Shown here: positions 40,674 through 54,126 of the stretch, one piece after another
Layout of the letters: each line of letters begins with the position of its first letter
Numbering within the stretch: position 1 is the first letter of the stretch
Source: Octopus sinensis
Lineage: Eukaryota
DNA: 64,000 nt
Direction: 5' to 3'
Assembly: GCF_006345805.1 (NCBI RefSeq)
Contig: NC_043011.1
Coordinates: forward strand, 39,506,464-39,570,463
Made by a program: the position numbers and the translations under genes
Notes under the pieces: generated by a model
The model's input: only the letters and a program-made list of their open reading frames with translations
What the model was told of the DNA's origin: nothing
The model's database searches: none

Positions 40674-41562
40674 CAGGGTGTGGTGAATAAACTGTCGTCT
40701 AAATTACACAAAAATGAAAATAACACTGACATCTCATCTTAGCAGATATATTTGCCAAAATTGCCTAAAAATACCTTGAAGTATTAAAGAGTAAATTTAT
40801 TCAATAAAATTGCCATTGGCTTCAACTACGGCCTCCAGAAACTTTCAGAATCTTCTGCAACTCTTTTGGACAGTCTCCTTGTTTAAGTTGGTCAATGCTG
40901 CCATAATCCTTACCTTCAGTTCATCTTCGGTGTTACAAGGAGTTTTGTTTGTCTCTCACTCAACTGTGCTCTACACATAATAATCTAGGGGGTTGCAGTC
41001 TGGGGATTTAGGTGGCCAGATATTAAGGGTGATGCGGTTGCAGAAATTGTCTGACAGCTATGACTGGGTTCTCCTGCTTGTGTGGCATGGTGCAGAGTCC
41101 TGTTGTCAGACACAGGGTCTTCCAGCAGCCACCCACTTGACTCAGGACAACACTACCACCTCCAGGCACTTGATGTAGACTTCCATGTTGAGTGTGAGGC
41201 CATGTGGAAAGATGAATGGAAGCATAATGTCATCATCACTAGTGATTACTCCAAACACCATGGCATTGACTGGATGTTTGATTTTTATCACTCTCGGTAC
41301 ATGTCCTCAGATTGCACTGTCCTCAGATTGATAGCCAAATACTCTGAAATATTTGTATTAGAGCTTCCAGTGTGAATATCAAGCAGTACAGCAAGTCATT
41401 TCCAAATTTCTGGGTAAGTAAATTGCATCATGGTGCTGTTTTTCTCATAGACAGTGCCCAACTGACCCTGCTATTATGTGTAGCCCAAAAAATCCAAAAC
41501 AAACAATGTGCATGCGCGAAATTAAAATTATAAAATGTCAACAATTTACCCATCACACCCAG
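40674..41562 (-). mobile_element. Decayed, internally deleted maT (DD37D) Tc1/mariner-superfamily transposon
   Basis: imperfect TIRs flanked by TA; minus strand WPPN.PDCNPLDYYV...EAVVEANGNFIE with stops/frameshifts. Confidence 0.8.
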
Positions 41563-41579
41563 TATATATATATTTATAT

Positions 41580-41612
<33 letters not shown>

Positions 41613-41613
<1 letters not shown>

Positions 41614-42288
41614 GATGAGGCCAGCTATGTGAAGAAGTGTCACGCCCTAACAGTGGAGGGAACCTGTGGAAGAGGTAGACCCAGGAAGACCTGGGATGAG
41701 GTGGTGAAACATGACCTCTGAACGTTGGGCCTCACAGAGCCAATGGCAAGCAACTGGGACCTTTGGAGATATGCAGTGATTGAGAAGACTCAGCAAACCA
41801 AGTGAGATCATAGTCATGGCTGATGCCAGCGTCACATAACTGGCCTGTTTAAAAACATCCTTCAATCGTCAGGCAATATGCCATGCTCATTAAGACCTGT
41901 TGAACCGAGTGAAATGATAGCCAAGGCCAATGCCAGTGCCACCTGACTGACATGTAAAAAGTGCCATTCAAGCATGACTGATGCTAGTGCCACTTGATTG
42001 GCACCTATGCTGGTAGCATGTAAAAAGCACTATTTGAGCATGACTGATGCACCATTCAAGCATGGTCGATACCAGTGCCACTTGACTGGCGCTCATGCTG
42101 GTGGCACATAAAAAGCACCCACTACACTCTCGGAGTGGTTGGCAATAGGAAGGGCATCCAGCTGTAGAAACCTTGCCAGATCAGATTAGAGTCTTGTGCA
42201 GCCTTCTGGCTTGCCAGTCCTCATTCAAACCATCCAACCCATGCCAGCATAGAAAGTGGACATTAAACTACAATGATGATGATGATGA
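41613..42288 (+). mobile_element. RTE LINE ORF C-terminus plus family D 3'UTR
   Basis: DEASYVKKCHALTVEGTCGRGRPRKTWDEVVKHDL*TLGLTE...WRYAV then repeat UTR and (ATG)n tail. Confidence 0.85.
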
Positions 42289-42317
42289 TATGTATGTATA
42301 TATATATATATATATAT

Positions 42318-43227
42318 AAACTACCTGACATACCAGGTAATTCCTGGGAAAGCGGGGCATATCCCTTTGTTCCATTCTCATAATTGTTTCGCTAATCCAA
42401 TAACAACAATACAAAGTATGTAGCCCTTAAAATGGTTTTTGTGCATTTACAGAGAATACCAAATCTTGTTTTTGGGAATTCCCAATAAGTTATGAATACC
42501 CAAATTCTGAAGTCAGTTATATAATAACATGTAATTAGTTACCCGACAGTAAGAATTCAAATAAAGTAGCCCCAAAAAGGCTTTAATTCATTCCCAGAAT
42601 ATATAGAACATAGGAGGAAATACTAATAAGGTATGTATACTAAAATCGTAAAGTATGTTATGTAATAACAGGTTAATCAGATATGGGATAATAACAATTC
42701 AAAGTAAATAACTCTGAAAAGGGCTTTTGTGCTTTCCTAGAGAATATTACCCTCAGGGGTGCTACTGTTGGTATATTCGTGAATAAGTCACTAGCCGAAA
42801 TAAGTGGATCTCTTGTCTAGGAAAATACTACTTACTCACTTAAGGTTGTACAAGATAAACTGCAAACACAACTCTAACAGTTCAAATACTAAGAAATAAG
42901 CATACTCAATTTCATTTTTACCAAATAATTTAGGAAAATAAATGGGTTATTTTGCTTGGCTATATATAAGCATCCCTTTCAGGGCTGAATGGGTTATTTC
43001 CCTTGGTTTTTAAAATAAAATATATTAGATATATAAATAAGGATTCCTTCCAGGGATATATTATACATATTATCGAGTTTTTTCAACAATCTGAGTATGC
43101 CATGAGGTTTCCAGACATGAGTTCTATTCAAATGTCAAGTTTCATCAAAATCAATAAAATGATGTAGGAGTTAGCTAACAACTCCACTAACACATCCATA
43201 GACAGAATTTCCCCCATATGTAGTATA
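42318..43227 (+). mobile_element. Non-autonomous Helitron/HINE-like element with degenerate internal tandem repeats
   Basis: 5' hairpin ccagg..cctgg, aagtttcatcaaaatc...acaga 3' region, about 145-bp decayed units at 42399, 42550, 42688. Confidence 0.45.
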
Positions 43228-43617
43228 TATGTGTGTGTGTGTATGTATATATGTAGTAAATGTGTGCAGTTAAAAAAGAGATAGACAGATAGACAGACAG
43301 ACAGAAAGACAGACAGATAGATAGAGAGATAGACAGATGGACAGACAAGATAGAGAGGTACAGACACACATTCACACTTATCAAAATGCAAACGTGTATG
43401 TGTGTGTGTGTCTGTGTATGTACGCATTTGGGAGTGTGCGTCTATATTTGTGTGTGTGACCTTGTCTTGACGTCGCACAAAAGCTGTAAACGAGTTTCAC
43501 CATGATGTAAGAAACGTCCTTCCACATAAACAGGTCTGGCCACAGGGCAAAGAATACCTAGCGATGGAAAAGTGGACATCAAAACGACGACAACAACAAC
43601 AATCACCCACACACAAA

Positions 43618-44026
43618 TGAAGAAAGGCTGAAGACGCTCGACCTTTATTTTCTAGAAAAACGCCGCCGCCGTGGTGATCTCATTCTTGCTCACAACATCA
43701 TAAGCGGAAAGTGTAACGTCTCGAAAGAGCTGTTCTTCACTCCTGCTCCAGAGCGTCAGCTGCGGGGTCATTCCGAAAAGCTCTATCTGCGACGATTTCA
43801 TCTCAATCGAAGGAGAGGGGCTTTCTCCGTCCGGGTTGTGGATCTGTGGAATAAGCTGCCAGACAAGATAGTGAAGATGGTGACGACCGCTCGGTTCAAA
43901 GTCTCCCTTGACCACAAGTGGCCTGAACTCTTTACATGAACACCACCCTGTACATAACTCCATGTCTCCCTACATGGCTTGCTTTTTGCTTTTTGAGCCA
44001 AAAAATTAACTAACTAACTAACTAAC
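43618..44026 (+). mobile_element. CR1 LINE ORF2 C-terminus and 3'UTR
   Basis: stop-free ERLKTLDLYFLEKRRRRGDLI...LRGHSEKL...FSVRVVDLWNKLP...FKVSLD; (CTAA)n tail. Confidence 0.9.
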
Positions 44027-44739
44027 AAACATACACAAATGCATGCACATACACACACTCATCCAGACGATAGGTTTTTGAAGACGTTGTACATGTAACA
44101 AAGCAAAGTCAACATATCTGGTACCGTTTCTAGATTAATCGCTGAAAATGAAGTTGTGTACGCAATGCAACATCAGTTGGCCAGTAATCTCCCATCTATT
44201 TCTATATTTCTATATTTTCACGATTGACGTCTTCAAACAGAAAATATGATAAGACACAGGAAAGCAGCACACACACACACACACACACACACAGCAAGCT
44301 ACAACTACAGCAACAACAACAACAACACATAGAAGAGAAACGGAAGCAAAACAAACAAACAAACAAACAAACAAACAAACCCAGAGACAAAGCTAATCAT
44401 AACAAAAGGAAGCATTCTTTTTAAGAGTAATTCTTTTATTAATGCTCAGATGACTGTTAAGAGAAAACACAAATATTTATGATCACCATCAACACCTCCA
44501 CCACTACCCACTATCACCCATCCATCCATCCATCCATCCATCCATCCAGTCAGGCAGTCATCCATCCCGCTTGCTATACTGCTATCGCGGCAGCCACTAC
44601 TTCCATGACCACCACCATTGTTGTATGAACAGCTAACACCACAACTGTCACTATTAGAACCATCATACCATCATCGCCACCGCCACCATCTAGACACATC
44701 CACCACTGCTTCCCATCCATCCATCTCCTATTGCAGCAG

Positions 44740-45560
44740 CCACCCCACCACCACAACCACCACTGCCACTGTCAATAATACTATCACCACCACCACTACT
44801 ACCACCACCACTACCACAACCACAATCACCACAACTACCACCAACACCAACACCACTACTGTCACAGCCAATACTACCATCACCACTACCACAACAACCA
44901 CCACCACCATCACCACAACCATAACTGCTGTAGCCTACACCACCACAACCACCATTGCCACCACCATCATTGTCATGACCACTATAACCATCACCATGAC
45001 CACCACCACTGCCATCATATACCCAATTTCAACACTGAAGATACGAAAGTATGGTGGTGGTGGTGGTGGTGGTGGTGGTGATGGTGTTGGTGGTGATGCC
45101 GATGGGATGGTGCTTGTGGTTATGGTATTGGCGGTGGTACTCATTGCAGTACTGGTGGTGGTGGCAGTATTAGTGGTGGTGGTGGTGATGGCGTTGGTGG
45201 TGATGCCAATGGTATGCTGCTTGTGGTTACAGTATAGGCCGTGGTATTCATTGCAGTGTTGATGGAAAAAGTGGTGGTGTTAGTGGTCTTTAATGTGGCG
45301 GCGGCAGCAGTGGTGGTGGTGGTGGTGGTGGTGGTGGTGATGGTGGCATTGGTTATGTGGTTGGTTTGTTGTGTTGGCAGCAGCGATGATGCTGGTGGTT
45401 ATGGTTGTGGTGGTAGCATAGATATGGTATTGGTTTTCTCGTTGGTTTGTGGGTTAGTCATAGTATACTGTTAGGAGTTTTGAGGATGATGATGATGATG
45501 TTGTTCTTAGTGGTCGTTGTTGTTGTGGTAGTGATGGTGGTGGTGGTGGTGGTGATAGAG
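44740..45560. repeat. (CAC)n tract followed by (GTG)n tract
   Basis: direct inspection. Confidence 0.85.
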
Positions 45561-46004
45561 TTTTGTGGAACAGGGTGCTTTGATGGAGGTGGAACCAACT
45601 GTTTTGTTGATGTTATTCCCAGAATGGTCTCCTTCTCAACCACCACCCCCACCTCGCCTACTCACCTCATTCGTTTGAGAGTGGGTGGGCGGGTGGGTGA
45701 TTCTTAGGTCTTCTGTGGAAATCAATCGGAGTAGTTTTATGTCTTCCTTCCGACGTGATGCTGAGGAGACGTCTTGAGACTGGTGCAGAACGAGAGATAG
45801 ACAGACATACAGATAGACAGAGGGGACGGAGGACAGGGGAGGGGCGCGTGCATAGAGTGATAGATGATTTCACACATAAACACATACATACATACACACA
45901 TACATACATACATACATACATACATACATACATACACACAAACACCTACACACATGCACCCACACAAATTCTTCCATCTGCATATTTGGTTTTGCTAAAA
46001 TAGG

Positions 46005-46490
46005 TGCTGTGTGTGTGTGTATATATGTGTGTGTGTGTGTGTATGTATGTGTGTGTGTGTGCATGTTTGTGTGTATATGTGTGTGTGAGTGTGTTATATG
46101 CATGTATGTATGTATATATGTATGTGTGCATGCATGTATGTGTGTATGTTTGTATGCATGTATGTGTGTGTGTGCGCGCATATGAATGTATGTACATATG
46201 TGTATGTGTGTATGTATATATGTAAGTGTGTATGTATGTATGTACGTATGTGTGTATGTGTGCATGCATGCATGTATGTATGTATGTATGTCTGTGTATG
46301 TATGAGTGTGTATGTATGTATGCATGTATGTGTGTATGTATATATGTATGTATGTGTATTTGTGTCTATGTATGTATGTTTGTATATGTATTCATGTATG
46401 TATGTGTATTTGCATGTATGCATGTATGTATGCATGTATGTATGTATGTATATATGTATGTATGTATGTATGTGTGACTGCATGTGTGAT
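46005..46490. repeat. (TATG)n/(TG)n compound microsatellite
   Basis: direct inspection. Confidence 0.95.
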
Positions 46491-47074
46491 TATATACTCT
46501 ATGTGTATATATGTTCCTTATCTGTCTGAATGTATAGACTTATGACAGACGTCCACAGTATGTGTATGCACACACATACACAAGGTACACACAACAGCTT
46601 AAGTATACACGTCAAAATGACTACATTTGTATACATGCAAAGATGTATGGCTTATTATTATCACTATATACATACACGAGCTACACACCCAGACAATAAA
46701 CACATCTATTTACATTTATGTATGTATGCATTCAGGCACCATGTGGGTGTATATATTACATAGATATTTGCCAGTTTATGACTTTGTCATATATTTTATA
46801 TACAAATATATACTGGTGTGTGTGTGTGTGTGTGTGTGTATACATGTGAGTATAAAGTACTTATGTGTGGGTGTGTTTATTTAAGTGAATAGATACAACT
46901 GTGTGTGCATATATATGCCACTCTATATATACATGTGTGTGTGTGTGTCTGAACATATATATATTTACATGAGTGTATATATGTAAGCATATATATGTGT
47001 GTGTGTGAATGTAAACAAATATATATGTACATATGTATGTATGCATAGATTATATATGTATATATATGTATGTG

Positions 47075-47105
<31 letters not shown>

Positions 47106-47562
47106 CATCATTGTTTAATGTCCGCTTTGCATGTTAGCATGGGTTGGACGATTTGACTGAGGGCTGGCGAACCAGATGGCTGCACCAGGCTCCAATCTTG
47201 ATCTGGCAGAGTTTCTACAGCTGGATGCTCTTCCTAATGCCAACATGTCTGAGAGTGTAGTGGGTGCTTTTACATGCCACCGGCACGGTGGCCAGTCAGA
47301 CGGTACTGACAATGACCTCTCCCGAATCTTTTCACACATGCCACCAGCACAGGTGCCAGTAAGGCAATGCTGGTAACGATCACGCTCAAATGGTGCCTTT
47401 TACATACCACCAGCACAGAAGCCAGTTAGCCGCTCTGGCAAGAATCACGCTCAGATGGTGCTCTTAGCACCCTACTAGCATGGGGCACAAGTGCCAGTAA
47501 GGCAACGCTGGTAATGATCACACTCAAATAGTGCCTTTTATGTGCTACTGGCACGGAAACCG

Positions 47563-48394
47563 TTTATTGTATGTTTTTGATTTTGTCAACTACATAGTAC
47601 AGTAGGGTCAGTTGGGTACCGTCTATGAGAAAAACAGTACCATGATGCAATTCACTCTGCCAGAGACTTGGAAATGACATGGTACACTGTTTGGCATTCA
47701 AGCCGGAAGCTCCAGTATGAACAGATGGTGAACACACAGAACAACTTTTAGATTGCTGTGTCCCCAAAACATGTACTGAGAAAAATCAAACATCCAGTCA
47801 ACATCATGGTGCTTAGAGTGATCATTAGTGATGGCAATGTTATGCCTCTATTCATTTTCCCACACGGTCACACACTCAACATGGAGGCCTACATGAAATG
47901 CCTGGGGGAGGTAATGCTGCCCTGGATCAAGAGGGTGGCTGCTTGAAGAAGCCTATGTCTAGCAACAGGACTCTGTACCATGCCACACAAGCAGGAGAAC
48001 CCAATCATGACTATCAGACAATTTCTGCAACTACACCACCCCTAACATCTGGCCACCTAATCCTCCAGACTGCAACCTGCTTGATTATTATGTGTGGAGC
48101 ACAGTTGAGCAAGAGATCAACAAAACTCCTTGTAACACCAAAGAAGAACTGAAGGCAAGGATTGTGGCAGCATTCACCAACTTAAACAAGGAGACTGTCC
48201 AAAAGAGTTGCAGGAGATTCTGAAGTCATCTGGAGGCCGTAGTTGAAGCCAATGGTGATTTTAATTGAATAAATTTACTCTTTAATATTTCAAGATATTT
48301 TTATGCAATTTTGGTCAATATATCTGTTAAAATGAGATATAAGTGTTATTTTTATTTTTGTGTAATTTAGATGACAGTTTATTCAATGCATCTT
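47563..48394 (+). mobile_element. Second decayed maT (DD37D) transposon copy
   Basis: KHPVNIMV..ISDGNVMPLFIFP..QQDSVPCHTS..WPPNPPDCNLLDYYVW; 37 residues counted between the catalytic Asp residues. Confidence 0.85.
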
Positions 48395-49312
48395 ATGTGT
48401 GTATGTGTGTGTGCACGTATTTGTATAATCTCCATCATTGTAATGACAACATTTCAATGCTCACATGAGCCAGAAGGAATTTTTTTTGGTAGAACAGAAT
48501 TTTCTACAGCTGGATGCCCTTCCCATCACCAACCATTACCTGTTTCCAAGCAAAGTTATATTTCTCCTTGGCCAGACATGCTTTTGCAGAATATTGGAAA
48601 TGAACGACATTGCTTGTATGATAGTGAGATTTGTTTATGACTATCACACGTTGTCAAGACAAGGAGACACCAACTTACCAAACACACACACACACACACA
48701 CATATGACAGGCTTCTTTCAGTTTCAATCAACAAAATCCACTTACAAGGCTTTGGTTTGCCCAAGGCTATAGTAGAAGACACTTGCCCAAGGTGCCATGC
48801 AGAAGGACTGAAATCAGTACCTTGTAGTTGGGAAGCAAACTTCTTAATCACAGAGTCACGCCTGTGCAATGAGTGTGTGTGTTTGGCTAGGTGGAGTCGA
48901 GGTTCTCTTGATATCTTGCAACTGCTTTGAAGCAAATGCTTCTCTCATAATACAACTGTTTACAATCGCCTTTGAAAGTATGTCCAGCCATTGTACCGTT
49001 CATGTTTGAAGAACTAGGAGAAATGTTACCTTGCTTATAAACAGGTGAAGGTTAGCAACAAGGAGAGCTTCCAACCATAGAAAATGGACCCCAAGGAATT
49101 TCGTCTGATGTGTGCAAGCATGGACAAGTGGACATTTAAGGGATGATGAGAATGATGATGATGACGAAGAATTGTTGATGGTAGGTATTGGCTGTGGTGG
49201 TATGTACTTTAATATATATATATATAAATATACATACACACACACACACATATATATACATACATACATACATACATACATACATAAATACATACATATA
49301 TATATATCATTC

Positions 49313-49675
49313 GTGGCACTCCATCGGTTACAACAATGAGGGCTCCAGATGATCCGATCGACGAAACAGCCTGCTTGTGAAACTCCACAGACATGTGTAC
49401 CCTTAACATAGTTCTCAAGGAGATTCAGCGTGACACAGAGTGTTACAAGGCTGGCCCTTTTGAAATACAGGTACAACAGAAACAGGAAGAAAGAGTGAGA
49501 GAAAGTTGTGGTGAAAGAGTATAGCAGGGTTCCCCCACCACTTCCTGCTGGAGCGTCATGATGCTCTAGGTGTTTTCACTCAATAAACACTCACAACGCC
49601 CAGTCTGGGAACCAAAACTGTGATCCTATGACTGCGAGTTCACTGCCCTAACCACTGGGCCATTGTACCTCCACA
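49313..49675 (-). mobile_element. Family C SINE
   Basis: reverse complement of 23443-23820. Confidence 0.8.
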
Positions 49676-49682
49676 AGATACA

Positions 49683-49713
<31 letters not shown>

Positions 49714-49835
49714 TGAAGAGATATTTCTTCAATGAATATATAAGATATTGTAAAATATAAAATATTATTATCGAGTTAGAAAACAGAGAGATCATCTAAT
49801 GGATACAAATTAATTTATTAATTAATTAACATATT

Positions 49836-49939
49836 CACCTACAATTGTTTCATTCCATAAACAAAATTAAAATTACAAGACATATATAAATATATAATTT
49901 TGCATTTCAAATACCTTTGTATTGAAAATCATCAAGGTG
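49836..49939 (-). ncRNA. Type I hammerhead-like motif with long AT-rich stem II
   Basis: minus strand CACC-TTGATGA-(77 nt)-GAAA-CAATTG-TA-GGTG. Confidence 0.65.
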
Positions 49940-50140
49940 TAGAAAGGACGTTACAATGTAATCCCATATGATATCTCATATCACACAGCTATGTAATATA
50001 CCTTAGTAATGTAATATATCTTACAGCTGTATCTCACAGCTATGTAACATCCATCAGTAATGTATCGTTATCTCATAATTATGTAGTTTCCCTAGATTTT
50101 TATTAAATGGGTTTATAATGCAATGTAATTAGCTACTTAC

Positions 50141-50297
50141 ATTTCAAGTCCAGGTACTGAACAACCATACAGGGTACAGAACTGTGGTTCGTAATTGAAC
50201 TGGGAAATGCTTAACTGCAGTTTTATTATGGATGTTTCAAATCTGATTGGTGCAAATGTAACTTTGAATGTCACTTTTTCGTTTCCAGAAATAATTC
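50141..50297 (-). CDS. CFAP221: CFAP221 internal exon C (GIISGNEKVTFKVTFAPIRFETSIIKLQLSISQFNYEPQFCTLYGCSVPGLE)
   Basis: tttttttag acceptor, gtaagt donor, 157 nt, phase 1 to 2; QLxISQFN motif, beta-rich Ig-like region. Confidence 0.9.
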
Positions 50298-50933
50298 CTA
50301 AAAAAATTTTTTTAAATACAAGAAAATATCATCATCATCATCATCATTATCATCATTATTACCATCATCATCATTCAACATTTGTCTTCCATGCTGGCAT
50401 GGGTTGGACAGTTCAACAAAATCTATCAAGGTCGATGACTGCATTCTGCTCCAAAGTCTGCTATGGCTTAGTTTCTATGGCTGATGCCTTTCCTAATGCC
50501 AACCACTCTACAGAGTGTACTAGGCGTTTTTTATATAGTGCCAGCATTGGTGAGGTTGCCATATAACTTGCTAGACTAGAGAGCTATCCAGGTTTTATAA
50601 TATATATATATAATATATATACCCTTAAAGTCAGGAACTTTACAGTATCTGCTCATCATTATCATCATCATCATTTAACGTCCATGTTTCATGCTTCCAT
50701 GGGTGGGATGGTACCACAAGAGCCAGCAAGGGCAAAGCCTGCATCAGACTTCTGTGACTGTTTTGGTAGGATTTTTACAGCTGGATACCCTACAGAACAC
50801 CAACTACTCAGCAGCCGATAAATTAAGCAATGGAACAAATGTCACTTAATTTCTATGTGATTAGATACACAGGAATGCAGTAACAATGGTAGAGGCACAC
50901 AAAAAGATATAAGGGAAAGATTAAGTAAGGTAC

Positions 50934-51037
50934 CTTCCATTGGTGAAACTGTGAAAGCTGGATTAGATTGCAGATAATCTAAATGGAATTCAAAATCAAC
51001 TGGGACACCTGAAGACAGATTAAATGTTTTTTCTTGC
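50934..51037 (-). CDS. CFAP221: CFAP221 internal exon B (QEKTFNLSSGVPVDFEFHLDYLQSNPAFTVSPME)
   Basis: tttttctacag acceptor, gtacct donor, 104 nt, phase 2 to 1; PVDFEF motif. Confidence 0.9.
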
Positions 51038-51070
51038 CTGTAGAAAAATACAACAAAAGAAATGTGAACA

Positions 51071-51103
<33 letters not shown>

Positions 51104-51129
51104 ACTATTGTTGTTGTTGTTGTTATTAT

Positions 51130-51813
51130 TGAATGAGAGAGCAGTGCAAGCCATCAATGTGACACTGGGGTAAAATATACAAAGCCCAGTATACCCATCA
51201 TGACTATCTGTCTGATAAGGGTACACTAGGCACATGCATCATGACCATATGTACGCGACATGGTGATCTCATATCAAGATAAACAGCACATGACCTTGCA
51301 GGTGGGGCCCAGTTAGAATTTTCTTCTGGTCGACTAACCCATCCTACTCAAAAGGTCCCTGAATAAGGGTTGTTTAAGGATGTTGAATGAAACACCCATG
51401 TTTCAGAGGTGAATTATGCAAACCCCAAAGAATACCTCTCAACACATGGCTATGATGCTCTCCCACTACTTCTGCTCGTGATCAGAGATGCACATATCGT
51501 CAGCCACTAAAGGACTTGCTCAACTGGTTGAGGTCAAACAACTGACAAGCAAATCTGTGGTATTGAGCTGAATATTTGCTGTAGCCCATCTTTTATACCA
51601 AGACAAAACAATGTACATGATAACACTTCCAATCAGTTAAGATCAGAAGCCACGAGAGCCACTGCCTGGTACTACATCAGGGCAATTATTATTATTATTA
51701 TTATTATTATTGAGTGAGAGAGCAGTGCATGCTATCAAAGTGACACTGGGGTAAAATATACGAAGCCCAATATACCCATCATGACTACCCGTCTGATAAG
51801 GGTACACCAGGCA

Positions 51814-51815
<2 letters not shown>
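51130..51815 (-). mobile_element. Non-coding (TAA)n-targeting repeat: 555-bp copy plus 105-bp truncated copy
   Basis: 51130-51235 duplicated at 51711-51815; every junction lies in (TTA)n. Confidence 0.7.
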
Positions 51816-51852
<37 letters not shown>

Positions 51853-52475
51853 CATCATTATTATTAAGGCATCAGGCTGGCAGAATCGTTATTACACCAA
51901 GTGAAATGCTTAGCTATATTTCACCTGCCATTATGTTCGGAATTCAAATTCCACCGAGGTCAAACTTTCGTTGTTTTTTTTTGCAGGGGGGGGGGCAGTC
52001 AATGAAATAAGTACCAGTTATGCACTGGGGTCGATATAATCAACTAGCTTTCTCTCCTAAGATTTCAGGCCTTGTGCCTATAGCAGAAAGGTTTATTATC
52101 ATTATTACTGTAATTGCTATTGCTGTTGTTGTTGTTGTTGTGAGAACATATGGCCTAGTGGTTAGGGTGTTGCACTCACAACCATGAGATTGTGTGTTCA
52201 ATACCCAGACCGGATGGTGCATTGTTTTCTTGAGCAAAACACTTCATCTCACATTCCTCTGCAATCAATTTGACACCTGATGCATGGTACACTGTGCACC
52301 TGTTCAATCACCATTGATTTAAGGGAGGGAATGAACTAATATATGGCACGTACATTTGATCACTATAAAACAAATCATTTGTGCAAGTCGTTTGGCAAAA
52401 GCTGCACACTCATATGTCCATCATTATTATTATTATCATATTATCATTATTATTATTATTATTATTATCATTATT

Positions 52476-53072
52476 GCCTCGCACAGCTTCTAACGCTGGA
52501 GATGTACTATGGTGTCAGCTGTTTACTACCAGTGAACTAAGGTAACACCTCTTATTTTTCGAGCACCTTCCGCAGTATTCAAGCGGTTCCAAGCAGTGCT
52601 GTTTTCTGCAAATGCTCCACCCTTATTGCAGCCCCTATTTGTTCCATGTACTTCTCGAGATTTTTGCTCACTGTTCCCAGGGTTCCAACAATTATTGGTA
52701 CTACTGCTGCCTTTTTCATCGACCTTAACTGCTTAACCTCCCAAGCTAACCTGTCATATCTATCGACTTTTCTTTCTTCCTTATCACATACTTTGTTGTC
52801 AGCTGGGCATGCTATATCTATGATCCAGTATAGTTTGTTTGCTTTCTCAAGACTATGTATGACTTCCTATTCTCTATCTCATGGTCACACTGAATCATAA
52901 AATCCCATAGGCTCTTTGCATTGTTATTTTCCATGATGCCTTCGGGTTTGTGGTCGTACCAATTTTTTGCTCTGTCATGTCCATACTTGTTGCAAAGTGT
53001 CCAGTGGACAGCCTTACTATATTGTTGTGGTATCTCTTATATTCCTTCTGGGCTAGTGGCGTACATTGGCAG
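52476..53072 (-). mobile_element. Dong/R4-clade LINE 3' fragment (restriction-like endonuclease region)
   Basis: LWDFMIQCD...IIDIACPAD..KEERKVDRYDRL..VVPIIVGTLG..LQKTALLGTA*ILRKVL; 3' end joins (AAT)n. Confidence 0.85.
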
Positions 53073-53644
53073 GTAATATGCTATAATAATAACAACAAAA
53101 CCTCCACCAAGACAACACCAACATCATCTCAACAATTAGCTGGAGATGATTTTTAAAATGAGAATATCTGAAATAAACTAGACTGCTCTCAGAAATGCAA
53201 ATACTAAAAATGAACCCATTCACTCTCAAATGGAAAAATAATCCAGATATATATATATATTGAGTGAGAGGTGAAGGGAGAGGAGATGAAATACTAATAC
53301 AGTGAAGGAAAAGTAGTGAGTGTAATAGCCATGACTGAGAGGGAGTGAGAGAAAGTAATTACAAAGTAAAAGAGGAAACGAAGTGGCAAAGAGAGTGTCA
53401 TATGAATGAGAGAGGAAGGGGTGGTAGTTGAATAATGAAAGAAGGCGTGAAAAAGCCGATAAATGGTATTTGAATTGTGCGTGTGTGCGTGTGTAAAAGT
53501 GAGGTATATGTGCACGCATGCATGTGTGTGTGTGTGTGTATACAATGGAAATGGGTTGGTAATGTTCAATGCTGAAAATGTGTGAGTATATGTGTGTGCA
53601 TGTACAAGAGAACTATGTGAAATTTTACATATACATCTAAAATA

Positions 53645-53850
53645 AAAAGAATTGGAAAAATAATCCAGAATCCTTGTCCGGTACTGGATTGATCCCAAAA
53701 TATAATGAGACCATTCCAGTCACAAGGCCAAACATCCCTGAAAATTTCATTCAAATCCATTCAGCGGTTCTTGAGATATCTTGTCCACAGACAAACAAAA
53801 AACAAACACAACTGAAAACAATACCTCCACCTTCACTAAGGCGGATGTAA
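53645..53850 (+). mobile_element. HINE/Helentron-like short element end
   Basis: aaatttcattcaaatcc..acagacaaac..acctccaccttcactaaggcgga terminal hairpin; related end at 54038-54060. Confidence 0.45.
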
Positions 53851-54091
53851 TAATCCTTTCTACTATAGGCACAAGGCCTGAAATTTGTGGGGAGGGTGAA
53901 CTAGTCGATTACATAAACCCCAGAGTTTCAGTGGTGCTTAATTTATTGACCCCGTGGTGGCAGCGGCAGTGGCGGTGGCAGTGGTGGTGGAGGAGGGGGG
54001 AGGCGCAATGGTGGTGATACTATTGTTGTTGCATGGAACCTTCGCTAAGGTGGAGGTAATAATAATAATAATAGTAATAGTAATAGTAATA

Positions 54092-54126
<35 letters not shown>

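Noticed and set aside
44077-44237. 11-bp inverted repeat as a MITE
   Set aside because: Too short, no TSD, single copy
51640-51685. HDV-like ribozyme at the 5' end of the TAA-targeting element
   Set aside because: P1/P3/L3 could not be assembled
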